Positions 7,504 to 15,555 of a stretch of 21,214 bases of DNA are shown in pieces. The stretch covers positions 16,580 through 37,793 of the forward strand of contig CAYFHS010000020.1 in NCBI GenBank assembly GCA_964342815.1, given 5' to 3'. This stretch comes from an uncultured archaeon. Lineage in GTDB: Archaea > Thermoplasmatota > Penumbrarchaeia > JASLWR01. Both the position numbers and the translations under genes were made by a program. The notes beneath the pieces were generated by a model that had not been told where the DNA came from, ran no database searches, and was given only the letters and a program-made list of their open reading frames with translations. Numbering within the stretch: the stretch's first letter is position 1; every line of letters starts with the position of its first letter.

Positions 7504-10500
7504 TTAATTCGGCTGATTCGGAGGCATGGTCCCCTGTGCTGGTGGAGCCTGAGGCGGCATCCTCTGCTGAGGCTGTACCGCGTGTGCTTGAGCTCCGGGT
7601 GGGGTAGATGAAATTCCCTGGGACGGTAATGCGGGCGTTTGAGTGACTCCCTGAACGGATCCTTTCTGCTGCAGCTGTTGAGCCGGTTGTGACTGAGGTC
7701 CTTTTGGGGTTTCGCTCGGCCCGGTTTGAGCTTCCGATCCCTTGCTTACGGCAGAGCTGCCGTAAAGTTTTGCATAATATTCTTCAGGTGTCGGCTGACG
7801 TTCTTCTTCCTTTTCTTCCTTGGCTTTTTCCTCTTCGAGCTCCTTGGCATTTTTCTTTTTGACAAGAAGAATTATGATAATTCCGGCTAATGTAAGGACC
7901 GCTACAACTGAGATCAGGACAGCGATCAATACCCAGTTCCCTCCCCCCTTGTTTAAGCTCCCCCCACCTGTTGTATCCGTATCATTGTTTTCGTCATCGT
8001 CATCATCGGTATCATCCCCGTCTGTGGTTGGATCCACGACCTTTACCGTGAAATTCGTGGTGTTGGAATTTCCCGCCCTGTCAGTCACGATCAATTTTAT
8101 ATTATAGGTACCCAGACTCTGGAACCTGAAAGTAGTTTCACGACCCATTAAAATCTTCGTTTTACCCTTGTACTGGAATCTCCACTGAAAGCTTACGATT
8201 CCCACATTATCCGTGCTGTTGGTTGCATTCAGGTAATAGGGAACATCGAAGTCCGCAATCTCCGCTACATCCGCCAAGGCCACAGGAACCATCCCGTCGG
8301 TTATATTGACCGTAAATAATGTCTCATCCCGGTTTCCGTTGTCGTCAGTCACTCTCAGTGTAACGTTGTAAACTCCGATGTTTACAAATGTGTAACTGGC
8401 AACCCTTTCCTTCAAAGAGATCGATTGACCGTCGTATATGAACAACCATTCATAGCTTACCAAGCCGATGTTGTCAGTGCTGTTACTAGCATTAAAAACC
8501 ACAGTGTTCCCTTGGGCAAGCGATATATTTTCTCCTGCAATTGCCACGGGTGGTTCCGTATCCTTAACGGTAACAACTATCGAATCGGTGTCCCAGTTCT
8601 CCCGCTCGTCCGAAACGTTCAATGTTATCTCGAACAAGCCGGCGTTATGGAATGTGTATTCCACTTCTTTGCCTGTAAATTGCAGCAGACTTCCGGCATC
8701 CGTAAAACTCCAACGATAGCCCGTTAATTCCATGTTGTCTGTGCTTGCGCTTCCGTCAAGGGTCAGCGTTTCGTGCTGGCCGATTGTTATATCCTTACCT
8801 GCGTCAGCTGCAGGGGGCGTAATATCATAAATCAGCACAAATGAGCTGTCCGTGGCCCAGTTGCCGGCTGCATCCGAAACGTTCAAGGTGAAATTGTACT
8901 GGCCCGCGTTGTCGAATTTGAATTCTGCCAGCTCACCGTTTATCTCTTGGGGGACGTTGTCATAATTAAATGTCCAGATAAAGTCTTCGGTCCCCACGTT
9001 ATCGGTGCATGCGCTCCCGTTGAATATAACTATCTCGTGTTGGTATGCATAATAGCCGATACCAGCATCTACCATCGGTTTTTCCGTGTCGTTCACGGTT
9101 ACTTTTACCGTATCGTTCGCCCAGTTGCCGGCGTTGTCCGTGACGTTCAGCGTAACCAAATAGGTTCCTGCCCTGTTGAATTTGTGCTGAGGTTCAATTC
9201 CGGTCAGTTTCCGCGGTACTCCATTCTCCATAAACGTCCATTCAAATCTTTCAAGTCGAAAATTATCCGTGGATGCGGTTCCATTGAACTTAGCCCTGTC
9301 ATGCTGGTATATGAAAATATCACTTCCCGCATCTGGCTCAGGCGCTTCCGCGTCCCACCGGATTATCTTTAATGATTTTTGGTCCTCATCATAATATGCG
9401 ATAGTTGGTTTTCCATTGGGATCCAGGTACATGGAGGTGTACAGCCCCTTATCACCATTACCATCCAGAGTCTCTATATTCCAGTCAGCTCCGTCATAAA
9501 AAGAATATTTCAGATCACCATTGCTTGGAGAATTGCTGTCCGTATCTCCATAATAACTGATATGGGGTCGATCGTTATCATCCAGAACCAGAGTTGAGTA
9601 ATAACCGTTGTTCCTGTCGGGATCTGCGTTCTCTATCGCCCATTGAGTTCCAGTCCATTTGGCGTACTTCAGGTACTTGTCGATACCCCCTCTTGCCGAA
9701 AAATATGTTATATGGGGATTATCCTGTGAATCTACCGCTATGGACGTGTAGTAGTTACCAGCTGTGTTTTGCGCATCGACTGTTTGTTTGACCCAAGAAT
9801 TTCCATCCCATCCGGCATAGCGCAATGTTCCTCCGGTTGTCTTCTGATAGCTTACGTGAGGGTGGTCGTTGCTGTCTAGTGCCAATGACGTATATTTTCC
9901 CGTTAGATTTTCAGAATCCAGTATATCATATAACCAGTTCCCCCCGGACTCGTGAACGTACTTAAGGTCAAAGGAGCTTACGTTCTGGTAACTGATGTGG
10001 ACCTGATCCTGTGAATCTATGGCAATTGATGAATAACACCCAGTGTAACTTCCACTGCCGCCCTCCAGGCTCTCGTTTTTCCATACAACGCCAGTCTTGT
10101 AGAACAATTTCAATTCTCTCTTCTGGCACAACGAAATATATGGATTACCGGAAGAGTCCAATGCAATTGAAGTACCGTAGTTTTTGATGGTCATGTCCCC
10201 TAGGACTTCTCTGGTCCACGATATTCCGTCCCACTTGGCATACATTAATTTCTCGTTGCTGTCATGGAAATAGCTGATGTGAATATTTCCGTTAGCCTCC
10301 TTGGCCATTGATATGTCGAATCCCGCGTTCGGTCCCCCATCCACCACCTCTATACTGTATCCACCCGGGGCATCTCTCTCGCGGTCCGTACCGTATTCGC
10401 GGAATTTCGTTTCTGTTAAGGTGCTTACCCCTTGGTCTATTCGCTCCCTGGCAGTTAGAGGTATTACTAGTACCAGAAGCATCGTGATTATCATGGTTGT

Positions 10501-10527
10501 GACGATGAGTTTGTTTGCCCTAATCAT
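7504..10527 (-). CDS. Membrane-anchored surface protein: signal peptide, 7-repeat beta-propeller, 5 PKD domains, acidic linker, TM helix, Gln/Pro-rich cytoplasmic tail
   Basis: Start moved from 10602 to 10527 (GGTGA upstream; MIRANKLIVTTMIITMLLVLVIPLTA). Seven repeats resembling S(I/L)A(L/V)DS.D.PHISY...LKY...W. Five PKD-like units such as GTYLVTLNVTDNAGNWANDT. TM WVLIAVLISVVAVLTLAGIIIILLVKKK. Confidence 0.85.
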   Translation of the reverse strand: MIRANKLIVTTMIITMLLVLVIPLTARERIDQGVSTLTETKFREYGTDRERDAPGGYSIEVVDGGPNAGFDISMAKEANGNIHISYFHDSNEKLMYAKWDGISWTREVLGDMTIKNYGTSIALDSSGNPYISLCQKRELKLFYKTGVVWKNESLEGGSGSYTGCYSSIAIDSQDQVHISYQNVSSFDLKYVHESGGNWLYDILDSENLTGKYTSLALDSNDHPHVSYQKTTGGTLRYAGWDGNSWVKQTVDAQNTAGNYYTSIAVDSQDNPHITYFSARGGIDKYLKYAKWTGTQWAIENADPDRNNGYYSTLVLDDNDRPHISYYGDTDSNSPSNGDLKYSFYDGADWNIETLDGNGDKGLYTSMYLDPNGKPTIAYYDEDQKSLKIIRWDAEAPEPDAGSDIFIYQHDRAKFNGTASTDNFRLERFEWTFMENGVPRKLTGIEPQHKFNRAGTYLVTLNVTDNAGNWANDTVKVTVNDTEKPMVDAGIGYYAYQHEIVIFNGSACTDNVGTEDFIWTFNYDNVPQEINGELAEFKFDNAGQYNFTLNVSDAAGNWATDSSFVLIYDITPPAADAGKDITIGQHETLTLDGSASTDNMELTGYRWSFTDAGSLLQFTGKEVEYTFHNAGLFEITLNVSDERENWDTDSIVVTVKDTEPPVAIAGENISLAQGNTVVFNASNSTDNIGLVSYEWLFIYDGQSISLKERVASYTFVNIGVYNVTLRVTDDNGNRDETLFTVNITDGMVPVALADVAEIADFDVPYYLNATNSTDNVGIVSFQWRFQYKGKTKILMGRETTFRFQSLGTYNIKLIVTDRAGNSNTTNFTVKVVDPTTDGDDTDDDDDENNDTDTTGGGSLNKGGGNWVLIAVLISVVAVLTLAGIIIILLVKKKNAKELEEEKAKEEKEEERQPTPEEYYAKLYGSSAVSKGSEAQTGPSETPKGPQSQPAQQLQQKGSVQGVTQTPALPSQGISSTPPGAQAHAVQPQQRMPPQAPPAQGTMPPNQPN

Positions 10528-10583
10528 ATTGATCACCGGCGGATTTGCTATTACAGGAATTAACTGATTATATTCTATAACGT

Positions 10584-10591
10584 GTTTATAA
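10584..10591 (-). promoter_or_regulatory. Putative BRE/TATA promoter of the propeller-PKD gene
   Basis: Minus strand reads GGGAAAAGA-TTATAAAC, about 57 nt upstream of ATG 10527. Confidence 0.55.
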
Positions 10592-10608
10592 TCTTTTCCC
10601 ATATTGCG

Positions 10609-11271
10609 TTAAAAATCAGTACCGAAACCATTGGTCTGGTTTTGTGAAGCATCCTTTATGATATTCCCGATGAATTTATCTATTTGAGTACGAAATCTAT
10701 CAAGCGGACCGTCGTTTACTATCATTATATCCGCAGTGGCGATGACGTTTCCAAGCCCCCATGAGAGTTCGCGTTCATCTCTGGCGACCAGTTCATCGAA
10801 ACTCAGTACATCGTCCTCTCTTTTACGTGATACAACACGTTTATAACGTTCATTCCTCCCGGCGTGGACCGCAACAACCCTGAAATAATTAAATCGCCTG
10901 CGAAACACTTTTATCTCCATGTCTCCACGGGTTCCGTCTATGAAGACTAATTCAGAGCTGGCACATTTACGGATCCGGTCTACGGTTCTCGTAGCCCAGT
11001 AACCATATCCCTCTCTTTCCATCTTTTCCTTCCTTTCACGGTGGAACATGGTGAGAGGAATATTCCTCCCGTGTATCCTGGCACGGTTCTCTTTTCTCAA
11101 TTTGGAGGCCATATTGCCTACATTTCTGTCGCTTATATCGATTCCTCTCCGCCGAGCTTCCTCCATTACGAGATCGCCCATACGTATTACAAAAAATCCT
11201 TCTTTCTTGACCCTCTCAAGGACCGTGCTCTTTCCAGCACAAGGCATACCTGCTACCGCAAATACCTTCAT
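10609..11271 (-). CDS. Archaeal dephospho-CoA kinase family (UPF0200-type) P-loop kinase with an internal basic insertion
   Basis: Start moved to 11271 (MKVFAVAGMPCAGKST, GGAG upstream). Family motifs MGDLV.EE, IDGTRG..E, R..R.DD, RDERELSWGLG..IA.AD..I.N.G. Confidence 0.85.
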   Translation of the reverse strand: MKVFAVAGMPCAGKSTVLERVKKEGFFVIRMGDLVMEEARRRGIDISDRNVGNMASKLRKENRARIHGRNIPLTMFHRERKEKMEREGYGYWATRTVDRIRKCASSELVFIDGTRGDMEIKVFRRRFNYFRVVAVHAGRNERYKRVVSRKREDDVLSFDELVARDERELSWGLGNVIATADIMIVNDGPLDRFRTQIDKFIGNIIKDASQNQTNGFGTDF

Positions 11272-11294
11272 CTTCGATACTCCAATAGAAAGGA

Positions 11295-14200
11295 TTACAA
11301 CATGGTCTTGCAATTGGGGCAGATGAACCAACCTGGTTTAGTTTCACTGCCGCACCCAGGACATTTCTTACCAGGGGTTCCCGCTTGCTGAGGAACCGAT
11401 TGAGTTGTTGGAGAAGTAACCGGTCGGGTCACCGGTTGAGTTGTTGGAGCAGTAACCGGTCGTGTTACCGGTTGAGTTGTTGGAGCAGTAACCGGTCGTG
11501 TTACCGGTTGAGTTGTTGGAGCAGTAACCGGTCGGATCACCGGTTGTGTTGTAGGCGAAACTGGACGGGTTACCGGTTGAGTAACAGGGGAGGTGAGAGG
11601 TTTGATAACCGGTTGTGTTACCGGTGCCGTTGTGGGTGGGCTTGTGGTCACGGGACTCGTAAAGGGTCTTGACACGGGTTGGCTAGTGGTGACCTGTGTA
11701 GAGGGTGGTTGTGTTACAGGGGCTGCCGTGGGATGGGTCGGTGGCGCTTTAATGGGTTGCGCAGGTTGAGAGTAGGAAGGGCCCGGGGTGGCTTGAGGGG
11801 CGCCGTACCCCTGTGCCACCGAAGAATAGTAACCCTGACCGCCAGGAGAATAGTCCTGTTTCCCCACACCACCTGCTACGTACATAACGTTATCCTTTGA
11901 CTGTCCTTCGATCTCTGCCAGCGATTTTATTTTTTTCTTTTCCTGTATTACGGTCTTCCTTTTTGCCACTTCACTCCTTTTCGCTATCTTGTTCTTCACT
12001 TTGGTGTTCTTCTTGATCATCAGGAATATCATTACCCCAAATATTAATATCAGAGCAATGAACAGAATGTCCCCCTGGGAGAAGATTTCAAAAGGAAGGT
12101 TATAATCGAAAAACCAACCTTTTTCTTCCGGTGGCGGAGGTACATATATTATCTTTATTATGATCTCATTATCCACAGTGGTCCCGCTTGTATAACCGCG
12201 GTCGTCCTTTACCTTCAGTTCAACTTTGTACTCGTGATAATCATCGCCATCATCGACCTTGAAATCTGCGAATGAATAGGTCTTTTTGAGTCCGGCGTCC
12301 ACGTTATCCAATTCTTTTTTATCAGCCATGTCAGTTACGATCCAATAGTAATTGGTTATCACAACCCCTGCATCGGGAACATTTGATCCGCTGGCATCAA
12401 AAAATATCTCCATTATGTTATTCTCATCTTCTTTCTCAATTATGTATTTTCCTTCTCCTTCGTCCCAGAAATCCCCCAGGTCGATCCCATCAATTTTTGA
12501 AATCACTGCCTTGGGATTCGATTCCAGATATATCGTTATCGGTATTGTGTGAATTTCGAAGTGATCGCTGTCTGATGTATTAAGGCTGAGAGTTCCTCTG
12601 CTGTCTCCAATGTCCACGGACATTATGTAATCCCCAACCTGGAAAAGGCTGTATCTCAAGTCCCAGTTTACCGTCCAGGTTCTGTTATCCCGGTCAATGA
12701 TCGTATTTTTCGAATCCGAGATCAGCGGTTCGGTTACCGTTTTACCGGCCTCCGAAGGGACCAATCTCACCCATACATTTCCGGGTGTGATGCTGTCTTC
12801 ATCGATATCGAAGAAGCTGCCCTCCAATACAATTCTCTTTTCTTTGATGGGAGGAAGTGTGATAGTTATTCCATCATCGCTGTCGACCTCCTCACCATCG
12901 ATCTTCATTATCATGCCGTATGGAGGATTATTGACACTGCCCTGTTTGATCATGGGGGTAATATTGGTTTCAGTTGTGAATCCGTGGCCCTCGAATGCGG
13001 CAAATCTCAACAGTATCTCTTCATTGTCGTAAAAATAATTGATTTTCGTTTTATCGCCTGTTCCCGACTTGGATTTGGAAGCAGTTTCGAACCTGTAACT
13101 CCAGCTGCTCCAGCTCCTTTCGGATCCGCTGCTTATATCATCAACCTCAATTTCACCAGCCCCGTCCACTGAAACCACTATCTTTGTTATTTCCTGAGTG
13201 CTGCTGAATATCTGCGCAGTTCCGTTTATGTAGATTATTCCACCCAGGGCCTGATTCCCATTAATAACGTCATTTTTGTTTACGTGTACCTGCTCGTCAT
13301 CACCAACGAGTACGCTTCTGTAGGAAATCGAGGATATGCCGAGTGTTAGTATCTTGAGTATCATGGCGGCCTTATTGTCAGGGACTCCAATGTGAGGATC
13401 CTCTACCAGATTTAAACTTTGGGTTAAAGGAACCTGTTTCTCAGCCTTATAGGTGTGTTTCATGGCATGTATTCTCACAGTCAGGTCTTTGCCAAGGTTA
13501 TTACCTTTTATTGTTCTTGATAATATACCTTCGAAAAACGCATAACCGTACTGATTCGTATCAGCGCTTGAAAGCATCTCCCACACGTCGCTATCGTCCT
13601 TTGCTCTGATCTCCACTTCCGCCCCTTGAATTCCTGCTTTAGTATGGTCATCCACCACCTTCACCAATATGTCCCAGTATACTTCTATCACGGATTCAAT
13701 GATGCTGTAGGGCCTTACGGGACCCTCCCTGTCGGATATTGAAACGTTATCCAGAATATTTGTATTGGCTGGACAGTCGATACCGAATGAATCTGCCGAT
13801 GTCCGTATTGTGGAATCCGATCCTTCTATGGAGTTATACAGTGCCTTTAATCTAAGTTTGTCTCCACCGAAATAACCGTCCATGTTCCGATCGCCCCCCA
13901 GGCCCAGGTCTCCGCCAAGAGAATAAATGAAACAATGGTCGAATGTAACGGACGTGTAAGCGGAGATCCTGATATTGGACTCTCCACCCCATCCTCCTTT
14001 ACCGTATAACTCATCACCGCTGGTTCTGGATGCGTCTCCCCCTCCACCGGCCATGGCGATAAAATCAGAGTTTCTCAAGGTTATGGAGCCTTTCGATTCT
14101 ATTGTCACAATACCCTTGCCGCCGACTCCACCGTCACCGCCTTTGGCATTGGAAATAGTCGGTGCTCTTTCACCCCCCTCTCCTCCGTCGCCACCACTTG

Positions 14201-14930
14201 CTTTTAGGATGCAGTCATCAGTAATATCGACTTTGGCGGATTCGATATATATCTCCGCTTCCCCACCTTTTCCTCCGTGCCCGCCATTCATTTTCTTATC
14301 GTCAATTCCAGCAGCCCCCGTTCCGCCTGTCTTTCCATAGCAGTATATCTCTGAGTTCTTGATATTAACTGGTTGGGTTGTGATTATTTCAACCACTGAA
14401 TCATTACCCGGTCTACCGTCGAGTTTCGCGCCTGTACTGCCAGGTTGTCCGGCTTCTCCCCCGGTAACGTTTACCACGGTAATTGTGGAGTCTTCCATTC
14501 TAAACTCCTTGCACCTTGCCGAGAAATTCCCCTTTTCGATATATATTTCGCTACCCATCAATATATGAATTGTTCCTCTATCGGATATGTTGAATTCTCC
14601 CTGATGTCCGTCCTCCCCCTGGGACAAATTAAGCTTACAACCCTGCAGTATCAATGATGCGTCTTCCTGTACCCATATGCCTGTATAGTCGCCGGAATCG
14701 GTAAATCCCAGGGTTTTCTGGGTACCTTTATCCACCTGTAGATATCCATGATTTGTTCCATTTGCCCTTTGATCTTCTATGGGATTATTATCGGTTTCAG
14801 CCTTGAGCGTCTTGGCTTCTTCCCCTGCCTTATGATCGGGCGTTATTGATATATTTCCTACAACCGTTAATTGGAATATTAAAAATCCGATAATCAATAT
14901 AGAAAAAATTGAACGCAATCGTTTTTTCAT
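11295..14930 (-). CDS. Large single-pass membrane protein: signal peptide, Gly-rich solenoid repeats, Ig-like/PKD-like domains, TM helix, Pro/Thr tandem repeat, C-terminal Zn ribbon; alternative start 14954
   Basis: GGTGA 5 nt before ATG 14930 (ATG 14954 overlaps the upstream stop as TAATG). Five GGxGGxGG-type blocks; VKVVD...GAEVEI...TNQYGYA beta-sandwich motif; TM ILFIALILIFGVMIFLMI; terminal CPGC-x10-CPNC. Confidence 0.85.
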   Translation of the reverse strand: MKKRLRSIFSILIIGFLIFQLTVVGNISITPDHKAGEEAKTLKAETDNNPIEDQRANGTNHGYLQVDKGTQKTLGFTDSGDYTGIWVQEDASLILQGCKLNLSQGEDGHQGEFNISDRGTIHILMGSEIYIEKGNFSARCKEFRMEDSTITVVNVTGGEAGQPGSTGAKLDGRPGNDSVVEIITTQPVNIKNSEIYCYGKTGGTGAAGIDDKKMNGGHGGKGGEAEIYIESAKVDITDDCILKASGGDGGEGGERAPTISNAKGGDGGVGGKGIVTIESKGSITLRNSDFIAMAGGGGDASRTSGDELYGKGGWGGESNIRISAYTSVTFDHCFIYSLGGDLGLGGDRNMDGYFGGDKLRLKALYNSIEGSDSTIRTSADSFGIDCPANTNILDNVSISDREGPVRPYSIIESVIEVYWDILVKVVDDHTKAGIQGAEVEIRAKDDSDVWEMLSSADTNQYGYAFFEGILSRTIKGNNLGKDLTVRIHAMKHTYKAEKQVPLTQSLNLVEDPHIGVPDNKAAMILKILTLGISSISYRSVLVGDDEQVHVNKNDVINGNQALGGIIYINGTAQIFSSTQEITKIVVSVDGAGEIEVDDISSGSERSWSSWSYRFETASKSKSGTGDKTKINYFYDNEEILLRFAAFEGHGFTTETNITPMIKQGSVNNPPYGMIMKIDGEEVDSDDGITITLPPIKEKRIVLEGSFFDIDEDSITPGNVWVRLVPSEAGKTVTEPLISDSKNTIIDRDNRTWTVNWDLRYSLFQVGDYIMSVDIGDSRGTLSLNTSDSDHFEIHTIPITIYLESNPKAVISKIDGIDLGDFWDEGEGKYIIEKEDENNIMEIFFDASGSNVPDAGVVITNYYWIVTDMADKKELDNVDAGLKKTYSFADFKVDDGDDYHEYKVELKVKDDRGYTSGTTVDNEIIIKIIYVPPPPEEKGWFFDYNLPFEIFSQGDILFIALILIFGVMIFLMIKKNTKVKNKIAKRSEVAKRKTVIQEKKKIKSLAEIEGQSKDNVMYVAGGVGKQDYSPGGQGYYSSVAQGYGAPQATPGPSYSQPAQPIKAPPTHPTAAPVTQPPSTQVTTSQPVSRPFTSPVTTSPPTTAPVTQPVIKPLTSPVTQPVTRPVSPTTQPVIRPVTAPTTQPVTRPVTAPTTQPVTRPVTAPTTQPVTRPVTSPTTQSVPQQAGTPGKKCPGCGSETKPGWFICPNCKTML
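11400..11543 (-). repeat. 36-bp coding tandem repeat (PVTRPVTAPTTQ), 4 near-identical units with degenerate copies to about 11620
   Basis: Units at 11400, 11436, 11472 and 11508 (+ strand TTGAGTTGTTGGAGCAGTAACCGGTCGTGTTACCGG), contiguous with no spacers. Confidence 0.95.
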
Positions 14931-14953
14931 ATTTTCACCTTTTACGAATTTCA

Positions 14954-15352
14954 TTAGTAGTCCGAGAGAAGTTTTCCTCCCGCCAGATCGAATTTCTTGC
15001 TTTTGAGCTTATCGAGATTCTGGTGATGGAGGTACCCGAAACCGCCCCAACCCAGTAACATCACCAAGGCTACAATCATGAAAACGATGGCAGTATTTAC
15101 GAAAAGTGCTAGGAACAGACCTGTTAAAAGCGTTATCGACGCTAGAAGAAAGGAGATATTCCTTATAAAAATCTCATTTTTGATGTCATCTTCCAGGTTG
15201 AAAATCTGGGCCCTTCTCATGAAATCCGTTTCCTCTTTATCCTCCTCGGCTGATGTCTTGCTGCCGCAGTAACGACAGTTAACCTCCGCCTCACCCAGGC
15301 TTTCAATAAGCTTCCCACAATTAGAACATTTGATAAGAGTAGTCTGTGCCAT
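14954..15352 (-). CDS. Small Zn-ribbon membrane protein (CSNC...CRYC plus two TM helices)
   Basis: Start moved from 15397 to 15352 (MAQTTLIKCSNCGK) because a TATA-like box lies at 15381-15388. Two hydrophobic segments in the C-terminal half; stop abuts the large membrane gene. Confidence 0.8.
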   Translation of the reverse strand: MAQTTLIKCSNCGKLIESLGEAEVNCRYCGSKTSAEEDKEETDFMRRAQIFNLEDDIKNEIFIRNISFLLASITLLTGLFLALFVNTAIVFMIVALVMLLGWGGFGYLHHQNLDKLKSKKFDLAGGKLLSDY

Positions 15353-15380
15353 TGTAATCCCCCGCCAAATTGTATTAATA

Positions 15381-15388
15381 TTATTTAA
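15381..15388 (-). promoter_or_regulatory. Putative BRE/TATA promoter for the Zn-ribbon gene cluster
   Basis: Minus strand GGAAAAC-TTAAATAA, 29 nt before ATG 15352, consistent with a nearly leaderless transcript. Confidence 0.55.
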
Positions 15389-15555
15389 GTTTTCCATGAA
15401 AGATATTTATGTATGACTAGACTATTTAATTCCCCAATTGCATAAAACGATGCCAACCGTGGTCCATGTGGATGGTACGGCACGACCGCAAACTGTGAAC
15501 CGGAGAACGAATGAAAGATACTGGCGTCTAATCTCAAAATTTGAGGAGATTACCG

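Noticed and set aside
11011-11088. Bulge-helix-bulge mRNA intron in the kinase gene
   Set aside because: Both boundaries are purine-rich and I could not build a BHB motif; the insert is in frame without stops.
11400-11620. Palindrome-containing 36-bp repeats as CRISPR or REP elements
   Set aside because: No spacers; the ACCGGT dyads arise from Pro-Val-Thr codons within an ORF.
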